From positions 62,001 to 126,000 of the forward strand of contig JAYWIR010000004.1 in the NCBI GenBank assembly GCA_036172245.1: a stretch of 64,000 bases of DNA, in the 5' to 3' direction. Shown here piece by piece: positions 1-11,658 of the stretch (positions are counted from its first letter, which is position 1; every line of letters starts with the position of its first letter). A program made the translations under genes and the position numbers. This DNA is from Raillietiella orientalis. Taxonomy: Eukaryota. The notes below the pieces were generated by a model. That model was not told the DNA's origin. It was given only the letters and a program-made list of their open reading frames with translations, and made no database searches.

Positions 1-2280
1 ATGAAGGTTTTCAGATGAGCAATATAAATTTGAGAGCAAATGAAATAGGACTCTGTGCAGTGAAGAGATTGCCAGTGTTTGTGCATAGGCAGAACACAGT
101 CAAGCTGCTCAAGTCTCTCATATGGAAGCTCACAGTGCAATCTGCTTGGCTCACATGAAAAGTGAGCATTTTTTTGTCCTTTCCATTGCACTGAATAGAA
201 AATCTGTAAATTTCGGTTATTTAGAAATCTACAACAAATTTGCTGCATACCGATATACATAAAGTTCAAAGGCCATTTTAAAATGTCGAATTATACTTTT
301 GCATGCTCGTAAGTGAAAGCTTAAATGGAAGATGTCTTAAATTCTTATTCATATTCAGAGCAGAACAAAGGACCAAGTGAGATGAAGATCTACTGGAAGA
401 GAAAGATGGTAAAAGCACCGGATTAGATCTCACGAATCTTCAAAACATTTTACTGTGGGATTCAATATTTGCATCGTTTTCTTTTTTTCTTTTCCGAAAG
501 AACTTGGCATGTAAAATTCTTTCGATGTCTTCTCAGCTTCTTTGAAAGCTTTTCCTAAAGCTACATATTCCATAATCACATTCTATCTTCCTCGTCTGAC
601 ACTTCTGTCCGTTGTCAGGGTGACTGCAGAGGATCGCTGCGTTCATTTCGCATGCAAGTGACTGAGAAAGATGCAATGGAGAATACCTTAGGAATGCTAG
701 CAGTTTATTTGTTGCTATCGTGTTAGCATACTACTTTCAAATCGTGATTTATGCAGCCCATCATCTCAGTACTTTGCAGCAGAAGAGTCGTCAAGGAAAG
801 AAAGAATGTTTTGGATTCAGTTTCAGTTTTCTAAAACTAATCCGAGTTTATGTCGGTTCCAATTCGAGCTTTATGTCAAGCATGAAGGGGATGCGGCACC
901 ATTAGTGGAGTATACACGGTTAATTTCCAGCTGGTGAAAAGAACTTGGATCGAATCGGAGGATTTATAAATGGCAAAGAGAATCCTTTACGTCACCATGG
1001 CGACCCAACACGAAGAGATATAATGTTACGAGCCGCGAATGCACAGGTACATATCGAATAATTGTTCTCTATTGAACTAGAGGAATCATTCTTACGAAGA
1101 AAGATAAACATAAGAGAGTGGTCGTCATTTTGAAAAACACCACGATTCTATATTGATTACGTTTGAGTTCCGTGTCATTCAATCTTTCGGCGCCTCTTTG
1201 AATTTTTGCGTATCACACGAAAAAATAAAATCACCTTTTCGTTCCCTTAGAGATAATTAATGCCGTGTTTAAAACCATAACCTATGCTAGCTTTTTTAGA
1301 GCTGAATGCATCAAAAAAAAAAAAAAAAGAATGTAAGATGATAATCATCTTTTTATAAAATTTGTGAGAAATGTCAGAAACATGATTAATTCATTCCTTC
1401 AAAAACCAAAAAGCATCACCAGGTTCTGCCAGTTTTGTCAGCTTGAAACTATTGGAAATCACTGATGAACTTCCGTCCAAAATGGTCATCAAAGTGGTCG
1501 GAAACAGCCGGAGATTCAGAAATGGTTCAGAGAGAACGGAGACAAAGTGCTGTGCTTGTTGCCAACGCACCTGTAGAGAGGTTCTATAGAGAATTTGTTT
1601 CCATTTCCACGCTCGGAGTTGTAAGTTAACTGGCAGGACTCACTGGATTCCAAAGAGCTGCCCTTAAACTTCTGCTGTGGAAGCATCATCAGGAATACTG
1701 TGAGTTGAATGGACCCATTGTCCAGTGATTTTTTGGGGGGCTAGTTTTGGGTGTTTAGTGGAACGGATTCCTTTTGGGGCATTCCATGCATAAGAAGGAA
1801 ACTTCGAAGCAAGCAATTTCGTTGTAGCTGATGCTTGGTAAAACACAGCACACCATAGTATTCGTTGTTAGGTCACCATTCGTTAGGATTGTTTGGTTGA
1901 GAGTCGTCCCACCCGAAAAACAACGTTTGTTCTCATATGCTGTGTTGCCAGTACTTGTTTCAGAATGTTTCATTGAAACCTTGTTAAAGTTCTTCAATTT
2001 TGTTTCTGGGATGGCAGGAACACGTAAGCCAGCAGACATGAAACCGATTTATCCTGGATAGGTTTGTGGGATCTTGTTAGCAGTTATTCAGACATGACAT
2101 GTCATCTTGTGAATAACCTGAACACTGGGTCTCGAGATCCTTCGACTATTGTAATAAGTTTTGCCTGCTCGGAATGCAAGTGTGCCTTCATACCGAACAT
2201 CGTGTAGGGATAAATTCGGTTCCTGTGACAAAATTCCCCATTGTGAACGTTATGGAAATGTTTGCAACTATGAATGATAC

Positions 2281-3010
2281 CGCCCGCGTTCGGAGGCCGT
2301 GTGGTTACGGTGGTCTCCGAGCGTGGCGCCATGAGCTGTGGGCTCGAATACTCCGAAAGGAATCGACTCAGCGCGTCGTGGGTTCAGAGTTCATCCCGCA
2401 AGATGACGCTGGTTGGCCTGCATTCATCCGGGTGCGGCGGCACCGGTAGCGGTTAAAACCGGGTGCTCCCGATGAGGGCCGGGACAAATGGGAGGTCCGG
2501 GTCCTTCCGGGAATCACGGAGTGGAAAGTTTCCCCTCTGGTTGTGAAGGAGCGGACACCCTATTCCGGGGACACCCTCCGTGTCGTACTGATGGAGTACG
2601 TGTGTCGCCACCACCTCCCCAGAGAGTTCAGAGGAGCGAGCCGATCCCTTCTGGGAAGCAGCGTCCTTCCTAATTTCGGAAGCGTCCCTTCTGGGTTCTC
2701 TTCAAAGGAGTAAAAACAGGAGCGGATCCCTTGCTGGGGATCCCTCCGGGGAAGAAATTCCAGGAGCGGATCCTTTCCGAGTTCCCTTCAGAGAAAAAAA
2801 ATGGAGCGGATCCCCACGGGGGTCCTCCGGAGAGAATAAGGAAGGAGGATTCCCTTCTGGATTCCCCTTCGGGGACAGCCAGGGAGGGTTGATCTCCAAA
2901 TCCGGGGATCCTTCCCCAGGCGCGAGAGGAACGGACTCCGAGTCCTTCCTGTATTCATAGGGCGGTACCCCCTATCTTGAAGCATTACACCCTCGGATGG
3001 CGTGGAACCT
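2281..3010 (-). repeat. Dispersed GC-rich repeat, copy A (LTR-like or tRNA-headed SINE-like); related to 29732-30390 and 34113-34775
   Basis: Its reverse complement shares blocks with the other copies, e.g. ccacgccatccgagggtg / ccacgccacctgagggtg, ccctatgaatacaggaagg / ccctatgaattcaggaagg / ccctgtgaattcaggaagg, and ccaaccagcgtcatct. Boundaries approximate. Confidence 0.7.
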
Positions 3011-4627
3011 TGTCGAAGAACTGCGAAGACAGAAAAGAAGGATTTCCATCATCCTAGGCCAATAGTAACGATCGGAACTATGCTTTCAAGATTATGATTC
3101 AGCTTCTATAAGATAGGACGAGGGAAAAGTAGTTGCAAAAAGTTGATGGAAACTTCTAATTTTTGGAAACTTCTGAAAGCGATTTGAATAGCTATTGTGT
3201 GTGCGTGTGTGTGTGTGTTTTTCTCTACGAAATATTTTCTCCTATTGTTCAAGTCGTGATTCCTAGAAAACACACTCCAATCTGAGCGTTTCCGATCCTC
3301 ATCCCATTTCGACCTTTTATCCTTGATTTCCACGTATTCGCCACCAGAAAGGTGGAAAGTATGCACCCACTTTGCCAGTCAGCTGTCTGAGGTCGCAAAT
3401 TTTCCTCATCAAAGAGTTCCAAAAGCTTTTGAAAACTTATCGCTCCATTGTATGAACACGAGTTCTTTGGCGTAAAAGCAGAACTGAATCTCGATTTCCA
3501 TCTAGTTAACCTGTTAGTGTTGCATCTAGTCAGAGAAGAATGACGGAGGAAACAACATGAATTTATCAGGAGAAAAAAAAATTAAATGCTGACTGATTCG
3601 GTAGCACCACTATCAAACTAGCTTTCTCTGATTAGCGGAGGACTGTGCAGGAATTCTCATTTTTGGCTTTTGTTCAGTTTTCAGAGCAGAGCTGTTTGGG
3701 CAGATGGGTTCCCAAAGAGTCCTTTGTCAATCTCACCATTCTCGAGGTTGTGAAGAGCAGCAGCTCTTGACACTGTTTGTGTCCAGTGGACTCGGTCACG
3801 AAATGTGCGTTTCACGAGTTACGACGAGTTTCTGGTGTTGTAGTTAACAGAAACCCAGGGGACTTCATCTCTGTCTACCAACCAACAGAGCTGTTTGCCC
3901 GTTCGTTACTATGACCCACTAAGGCGGACTTGGGACCGAAGTGGCAGTTGCTCGGAAATAAGAAATCTTTGAATTCTCACAGATTTGTTAACGATTCTTC
4001 TTAGGCATCACCTGCCATTTTGTAGTTATGTTTTGTGCCTATGACTACTTCTCAGCTCGAGGAATAAATGAAATTCCTGCCATTTGGGGACTCAGTAGTA
4101 GTATTGATTTTTTTTCTCCCCTTGCCAATGTGGGTAAAAGTTCCCAATTCACAATCAGCAATCACTTCCTATGTTTCTACAAAGAAGAATGCAAAGAATA
4201 ATGAGATATTCAAATTATCAGTCTTGATTCTTGATTTGCCGATAGCTTTTGTTTAATTTTTGCAGTATTCTATTCTTCTGAAGGTGTGCAAAGTCAGCAT
4301 CGATGTCATTTTTGTATGTGTGAGTCATATTCTCTTGCAAATGAAAAAGCCCTTTTTAGACAATTTGATGGTATTCTGACGATATACTGCAGGCACTTCA
4401 TTTGGAAATTTCGAAAACGAGCGGGGGATTAGGTGGTATCAAAGTTTTCTGCCTAAGAGAGAAGCTTTGAATCGAAATAGCCAAATTTGCAATCACAACT
4501 TAACTGTGGTTTCTAGACACATATGTAACCAAGTAATCAATAATGAATACGTTTCGTTTTCTTATCCGTTAGCTTCTCCTGAGCACAACCGTCTGTCCTC
4601 CTCCTGTGGGAGGCTCAATGACCAGGC

Positions 4628-5850
4628 CTACTCGTTTTTCGGATCTGCTACGGGTGCGGCTGGGGTGTCATCCTGTGCAGGGGCTGCTTCCTGGGGTTGC
4701 GGGGGGATGGGGAGTAGAACACTGTTAGGTTCATAGACCAGGAACCGACTTGCAACTTGGTGAAAGCTCATACTGAGCTTTTTCACGGTAATGTCATCAG
4801 TGGTTACTGGCGCGACCCGCTTTGGAACAAGTGGCACGGGCCTCAGGTCTCCCTGTATAGTTTGTCCCCTTCGGGATTAAAGAGGACTTTGATCCTCTAA
4901 AGAGGACTTCCCACGGCTCGCCTATACATGTGTGGCGACATGGCCAAGGTAGACTTGGGGAACATCCCCAAGATAAATGATCAGAGTCTATCCAAGTAGG
5001 TATTTGCATCCCCATCATTGAAGGGGGTCCTGTCTACTCCTGTTATATAGCGAGCTCCCACATGATATTTTTCTCGGACGCGCATAATCTTTGTAAAGGA
5101 TGTTTCAACAGATATCATCTTCTGTATGTTGGGGCAATACTGAGCAAGGGAATGATTTAACCGCCTTCTTAACGCCTGGAAAGCGATCTCTGTTCTATGG
5201 GTTCCCGCCGGAGGGAAGTGGAACCGAATCATCGCCTCTGCAGGCAGATCCCAACACTGGTATGTAGACCCTTCGGTGGGTAGCTGCTCGACATCTTGCA
5301 CGTTGGACAATCTGGCTGTCTTGAACACCAATAGTGTGCTTTCCTATTGCATTCGTATTACTTTCCTCGGATACCCAGCACGCTCTTGTCCGTCTTTTGT
5401 TACTGCTGTATGGTAGTTGCAGACCACCAGGAGGCCTTGGCTGAAATTATCAAGGCAAGGGCATGTGCGATAATTTTCCTGTCAATTAATTTTCATGCGA
5501 GATCATTTGGTTGCTTCGTGAGTCTTTCCGGTTCCCGTGAATATGTCCAGTCTCCGTCTGGCTGCCTGGTTCACCATGGAGACGGAAAACCGATAGGCCA
5601 AACGAAATAATCGCGTAATTCCCACTGAGAGACACTTGTAGGGATGTACCCATAAACTCCGAATGGTTAAGTACCCATGTAGTGGCATTCGAAGTTTGCT
5701 GCTTTATCGTCAGACTAGGGTTGTCCCGGCAACATCTCGGACTCAGTAGAGTGACATCACTTCCAGCCGTTGTATCGACCTCCATGTTGCCGTCTAGATC
5801 CGGGACATCGATCGCGAGTTGTTAGCGGAAATCTTCTTCTAGGACGTGTT
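4628..5850 (-). pseudogene. Endogenous viral element N1: decayed negative-strand RNA virus (qinvirus-like) nucleoprotein
   Basis: Intronless minus-strand frames joined across stops and frameshifts: DVPDLDGNMEVDTTAGSDV ... ISAKASWWS/NYHT ... AGYPRKV ... IRFHFPPAGTHR ... AQYCP ... KYHVGARYITG ... YLDRL*SFILGMFPKSTLAMSPH. These blocks are collinear with N2 and N3. The family assignment is from recalled motifs. Confidence 0.75.
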
Positions 5851-8559
5851 CCTGATAACTCACAGCAATTGCTATTGAGCATCAGCTGTAAATGCCCAAT
5901 GTGCTTTGGATTTGGCAATTCTGATTGCAGCTTTCTGCGACCATTTGACAGTTTAAGTCGACTCGCGGTTTCCATCGCAATGGAAAACTTGAAATATTCC
6001 GAGACGATAACGTCTAGGATGCTTTTCGAAGATTCCCGCATTGGAAAGCCTCTTCCTTCGAAATTCTTATGGCCATCACAACGATGGGCTGCCAATGCAT
6101 TTTTTTTCATTTTCTAAGCATCTCCACGGTCGTAATGATTTCCTCGTCTGGAAAAGTGTTCGAGTGAAAGAATTGAACTATGCCTGTTCTTCTGAGATAG
6201 CGAGCGTCGTTTCCGAATGTCGCAGATTTTTCTCAGCAGGAGAAGCGATGACAAATGCAAACAAAAATGCTGACATCTTTGTTAATAAAAAGGACGGTCT
6301 GTCTGAGCTTTAGCTAGAGTGACAGGGTGGAGATGTATAGGCCAGAATGATCATTTCCAATGATTAATTTTCATTATCTAGAAGTAAAAGTGTGTTTATC
6401 TTTGTTTGTGGATGAATTTGCTCTGTTTTTTTTTTTTTTTTTTTTTTAAAAAAAAAGGAGAAGGTTGAACATGGAAAGATAGGATTGCGAAGTGTTCATG
6501 TGCTGCATTTCAGTTAAGTTCCGAGATAGGGTTACGACTTGAATGGAACTTCTTGCCATGGGTTATTTTCCAGTGTTATCATTTACACAGAGTAAACTTT
6601 GACTTGAGATCATCCGCCAGCTCACCGAGAATCACAAAGAGGGATTAAAGAGAAACGTCAGCATTCCAGTGCACAAGCATACTCGACCCCAGATAGCTGT
6701 AAACGTAACTTATTGGGGAGACGCCTGCTCTTACCACTTGATCGAAACATCTCTTGCGCTTCTTCATGGGTGTTCCCTGAGGTAGCTTTCCCCCTTCCGA
6801 CTCGCCGGCCACCTAGACAGCCGTACGCATAAAGTCCTCGGTGGTTGTGAGCTGTTGGAAGTGGCTCCATTTTATGTTGTGGTTTTGCGACTCGAACAAA
6901 GCCATGTACGTTTTCGCTCTGTTGATATGGTAACAGTGCCAGCAGTGCTCTCAAGTGGAAGCGAAAATGCACTTCGTAAACGTGTAAAAGTCGGCACCGT
7001 TGTCTAGGACACCTACTTTTGCCTCTTGATTGGTCACACAGCAGCAACTAGGACTAATGTCAAAGAGCATAGTTTGTATATTTTGTATGAACAACATATA
7101 GCAAAAAACTTCATTTTGTGGTGCTGCCTTTGCTTGGCCTTTCAATGCGTTTAGTAGTATCAGAATATTACATATTCAGTAACGTCCCAAAGAGTCACGA
7201 TATTTATAAATCAATGCATGCCTTCATTCTCTGTCAGAGATATTCGTATGGACGTTATGTTTTGTGTCAGATCTAATATAAATATATCTGATTAAGCAAT
7301 AATCACTTAATTAAATGCACTCGTGTTGTATAATTATATCAGTATAACTCATTCAAATTAATTCAAGATTTGTATGATTTTATGTGTACTAATCGGATAC
7401 TATGAGACAACAACAAAATTTTTCATTACCGCTGCTCCTTCGATTTCATTCGTGAAAAATTTAAAATTTACTGTTCTCTGATGATGACTTCTGAGTACGT
7501 GCTTGTTCCACAAAGCACGTGATTTCATTTTTCGACGAACGGAGAAAATAGCAGCATATCTTAAAGCAATTAGAAAAATGACTTTTTAAAAAGAAAAGTG
7601 TGATCTCGGCAGAGCTGGACATTCGAATCATTCACCACAAATCGAGTTCTCCCTGAATTCAACGAAAATCAACTTCCGGTGACCTTCGATCAGAAACCTC
7701 TTTGATGTTCAAAATGCTTTGATGCCTCAGTGAACACCCATCTGAAACTCGGCTGCATACGGACGTTTATTAGCAACAATAAATACACAGTCAAGTAGGA
7801 AGCAACCCATCACCCGTTACAAATGTGGGTGGGAACTCGATGTACAAAGGGATGCGACACTCGATAGACGAAAATGTACGTGATTGATGGAGAGGAGGGA
7901 TCATCATGATGAGCCGAGTCCGGTCCTATTAATTAATGGCTCTTCCCTGTCCGCCGCTTTCAGATGAAACCACTTGCGGGCACACCCCTACCATGGTAGT
8001 GTCCAGCAGATCGATGTAGGGGTTTCATTCAGCCTGACTCTATGCCGAAGACAATTCCTTCGAGTGAGATCCTTTCTCTCGCTTCCATCATACTGCGCGG
8101 AATGATCAAGTGGAAACTCAGTTTTATCGTAGGACAAATTAGGGATGCTGTGGCAGTGGAATGGCTTCCGTCTGAGACAGTTGTGACGGGTCTCGGCTGT
8201 TCCTTCCCAGTCTCTCTTCCATATGCGCTTTTTGCTAGATATCTTCCAGAATCAATCTATCCGTAACACGGAGGCCAAGAAATCATGACTAAACTAGAAA
8301 GGGGTTCTACTGTTTGCCTACTCGTGGAATCCCAAGAGAACAGCTCCCAAGCTGAAAGAGAGCAACGACTAGGTGACGAATGCGCCTCTAATGAAAAAGG
8401 AACCATTCATAGTTCGACGGGTCGATGTCACTTGCTCGGTGGTCTCAAGTCCCTGAAAAAACAAAAGACTTTTCTACTTAGCTATGACACATCCTGCATA
8501 TTATGTAGTCTTCTTTCATTCTTGCTGTCTTCTAATCAATTTTGAGAATTTCTTAACCC

Positions 8560-9415
8560 ACTCAGAGTCTTTCTCATTCTTGTAAAAGGGAAGCAAATTG
8601 ATATAATGATTCGCCACCATCTTTTGAAGAGTTATGAACATTTACACCAAATAATCTAAGAAATGATGAATTGGTGTTTCTATCAAACTCGTGTTTCTTC
8701 TTTGGACTTGCGCTTTCTCGCAGCCTGAAAGCACCTTTTTCTTCGTGGTAAAAGGATTACCTAAGTTGTCTGGTCTAATCCCCTCTTTGACTACATCTAC
8801 GTCCTTCAAACCCCAGCCAAAGTTCCTTTCTGGTTCGTTATGATCAAGATGTCCATCCTTAGAATAAGCGAGTAATCCTTCCACGTGCATCCTACACCAA
8901 TCCAGTCAGTGTCAAAGACTACTATGTAGCCTCTGTTGCAAACTGTTGTTTTCCCAGCTCCGGAAGTGCATAATATACCCTTGAGGTGGAAGTCCGGTTT
9001 TATGTTTAGACTTCTTACCTATTCTACACTTCTGCTGAGAGTTTCCCATAATCCTAACTCTCTTTACCTTTTAATGAAGGAAGCCCCTTTGCGAATTCGC
9101 TTTGAGTAATTGCATCTTTAAAAAGGTGAAAACCATAGTAGTGATCTAGAAGATTTCTCTTTTCTCACTCATCCACTTTCGGAATCATTCTAGTTTTCTC
9201 CTCTAAGATTGTAGCTCTGACTGCAAGCTGTAGCCTTTCAAGCAGCAGTTTTGCGACTGCATCTGTACATCCTCTGATGTCAGCGTCCCACCACAGCTCC
9301 TTGAATACGTCGAATGGTAGGAAATTAGGCATGTTGCTACTCTCTATCAATTCCCAAACAACGATCCAAGCTAATATGTGCTCTATTGGATCTGAAAACT
9401 GAACATCTGCTTCTA
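8560..9415 (-). pseudogene. Decayed intronless coding fragment with a Walker A-like P-loop, probably viral (possibly the C-terminal region of a polymerase/L protein)
   Basis: Reads IEADVQFSDPIEHILAWIVVWELIESS...KELWWDAD...LLDHYYGFHLFK... then GILCTSGAGKTTVCNRGYIVVFDTDWIGVGCTWKDYSLILRMDILIITNQ. The P-loop is at 8970-8944 and DTD at 8913-8905. It contains several stops and frameshifts and directly follows N2 on the same strand. Confidence 0.55.
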
Positions 9416-9482
9416 TTTACTTTTTCACTGCGCCTAGGGACCTTGGCCTTACCTCCCTTTTGTGGCTCAAGGCGCCCTAGAC

Positions 9483-10424
9483 TTAAAAGTTTCCCGGACT
9501 GCTAGTTTCCCGGGCAGGCATTGAGGTGCCGTATTGTCTCTGGGATTCCATGGCAAATAATTCAGCTTGTAATTGGGTAATATCCTGATAGACGACTTCT
9601 TCCATGTGTGCCACTGGCAGCATTGCTGCTTTTTCTCTAGATATGGAACGGCAGAAAGCATCCCAAACCGGGTCAAAATCCTCCTTTGACTCGATCACAC
9701 TTAGGGTAAAATGGGAGGATTTCACCAGTGTTGACTTAGAACATAGCTTTCGCATATAGGTGTCTAGTCTGCCTAAGAATTGATCTGCCTCCGCATCTGA
9801 AAAGTCCTCTCAGGGGCGACCTGTAAGATAACGGCCACCAATATGGAAGCTTGCTGGATGGTCCATGACACGTTTGTAATGCAATTTTAGGATGGCCAAT
9901 CCAGTCACTCTTGCGCAATATTTGGCAGAAAAGCCTTCTGAAAGCCTGGTATCGCACAACATGGAGGTGGGAGTCTGCTGGGTCTGATTTGAATCTTAGC
10001 CTCGCGTCTGGATTAAGATTCCATGAGAGATGGGGCATATTATAACTGGGCACTACTGTAGTTGGGACTATACACTCCACGCCGGCGTGGCAGCATGTGG
10101 ACATATAATGCCCAAGTTGATGGGCCAAACATATTACTGCATCATTGTCAAATCTATCAAAGCATAAGTGCACGGCTTTTAAAGGGAAGGCTGCACCCCT
10201 TTTATCTCGATCACCCATTCCTACGTGATGATTGCAATTCCAAAGACTGGCTTGGGTAGCATTCAGCAACACGAACATGTCTCGAGATAATTACTTGTAC
10301 TCGAGATAATTACAGTTATTCTTGTACGTTCCGACTCTGACCGTTGCACAAATTCGGTAACGAAGTGCCAATCACCGTCAGGTACTGGATTGCCCTCTAC
10401 ATTACGAGTCTGTATTCCACCATA
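9483..10424 (-). pseudogene. Endogenous viral element N2, central and C-terminal part (qinvirus-like nucleoprotein)
   Basis: YGGIQTRNVEGNPVPDGDWHFVTEFV ... MFVLLNATQASLWNCNHHVGMGDRD ... AHQLGHYMST ... DARLRFKSDPADSH ... AKYCAR ... DHPASFHIGGRYLTGRP*EDFSDAEADQFLGRLDTYMRKLCSKSTLVKSSHF; stops and frameshifts present. Confidence 0.8.
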
Positions 10425-11067
10425 AGTCGACACCCGGTCAAGCAGGGGCGTTTATTCAAAATAAACTTACATGCCTGTGGTAGGACGTTTCATCCTCCCA
10501 CGTTACTTAATACTACGGGAAGGACCTGGCACGAATCTGGCACGCAGACCAGCTGGATTGCCTCGGCAGCACAGGGAAAGGGAATACAAACAAAAAGAAA
10601 AATAAAAGAAAAAATACAAAAAAAGGTGATGGGTTTGGGAAGGGATCCCTGCGTGCTGGAGGGTGTCCTCTGCATCCTTGTAAGGATGCCAGCAAGTTTC
10701 TATTTCGAGACTCCCAGACTGGGCCATCTTGACGCTATCCTCATGAAGAGGATGGCAAAATAGATGGCGTCCCTGTCGTTCTGGCCTTCTTTTGCGTTGC
10801 TCCATGCAGTCACGATCCTGCGCAGGCAGCAAAGTGTTGCTACGGATGCAGTTGGCGTGAGGGCTTCGCGCAAGAAGAGGCTTTTTAAGACGTCTCTGAG
10901 GTTGCCCTCCGGGATCCGCAGGGACGCGGCAAAGCGTTCATACATGGGACGGAGGACCACACAATCCATGAACAGGTGCGAGAGGGACTCTCTCCGCACC
11001 TGCCGCAGTTCGGGTTTACACTCCTCCCGTTACACGGGAGGTCCCAGTGCAACAGCAGGGTCGAGTG
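10425..11067 (-). mobile_element. 5'-truncated non-LTR retrotransposon (L1/Tx1-type C-terminal zinc finger) inserted into N2
   Basis: NPNCGRCG(frameshift)ESLSHLFMDC zinc finger, a T-rich 3' UTR and AATAAA (tttatt at 10451-10456). Flanked by the direct repeat ccaccata at 10417-10424 and 11068-11075. Confidence 0.8.
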
Positions 11068-11310
11068 CCACCATAGGAGAACAACGATTCAAGTCCGTTG
11101 ATTAGCAATGGTTCAATTTCGTCCGGGAAAGTTTGATTCGCAGCATGGATAAATTGATATTTATAGGTTGCTTTGGGTAGTTAGCGCAGACATTCTTTGG
11201 GATTCAGGTTGCGAAACATCGCTACCTATTGTAATGCCCATTTCCACTTCTCCATCGAGGTCGGGGAGCTCGGATATGTAGCGCTCGCTACTTGGGTATG
11301 AACTTGCCAC
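11068..11310 (-). pseudogene. Endogenous viral element N2, N-terminal part
   Basis: (V/M)ASSYPSSERYISELPDLDGEVEMGITIGSDVSQPESQRMSALTT/PKATYKYQFIHAANQTFPDEIEPLLINGLESLFSYGG. Aligns with N3 (PDSQRMPVLSSPKATYKHQFMHAAN...LMINGLYVPFSY) and N1 (PDLDGNMEVDTTAGSDV). Confidence 0.8.
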
Positions 11311-11618
11311 TGTCAAAATTCCTGAAACTGATTACTGTCTTTGAATCACTTGTTCAACACAAAAAGAATACGTATTTTGCTATCAGATGCTTGCCATACA
11401 TGCTTGTCTTCGATTCGTTGACCAATAGGTAGATACCTATTGGCCAAGTATTCTCACGCAAAAACCCATGCTTCACAGTGCAGATAGGTCGTTCTGGTTG
11501 AGAATATTCCCCGGACCACGACCAGGATAGACTTCTGGATAAAGTAGTCAGAGAATTAGGACTTTAGCCGAGGAGAAAAATTTTCCGATAGGTACAGATG
11601 GGATGTTAGATTATGCCA

Positions 11619-11658
11619 CTTTTCTTACAGCCCACTACATAGTGGGCTGTAAGAAAAG
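11619..11658. repeat. Perfect 19-bp inverted repeat with a 2-nt spacer
   Basis: cttttcttacagcccacta-ca-tagtgggctgtaagaaaag; the arms are exact reverse complements. Confidence 0.95.

Noticed and set aside
1664..2270. C-type lectin-like words on the minus strand (WDDSQPNN...EYYG, YAWN)
   Set aside because: The motifs fall in different frames and the required cysteines cannot be placed; not enough for a call.
2295..2362. Functional tRNA gene
   Set aside because: The boxes are degenerate, there is no clean cloverleaf, and it is part of a dispersed repeat.
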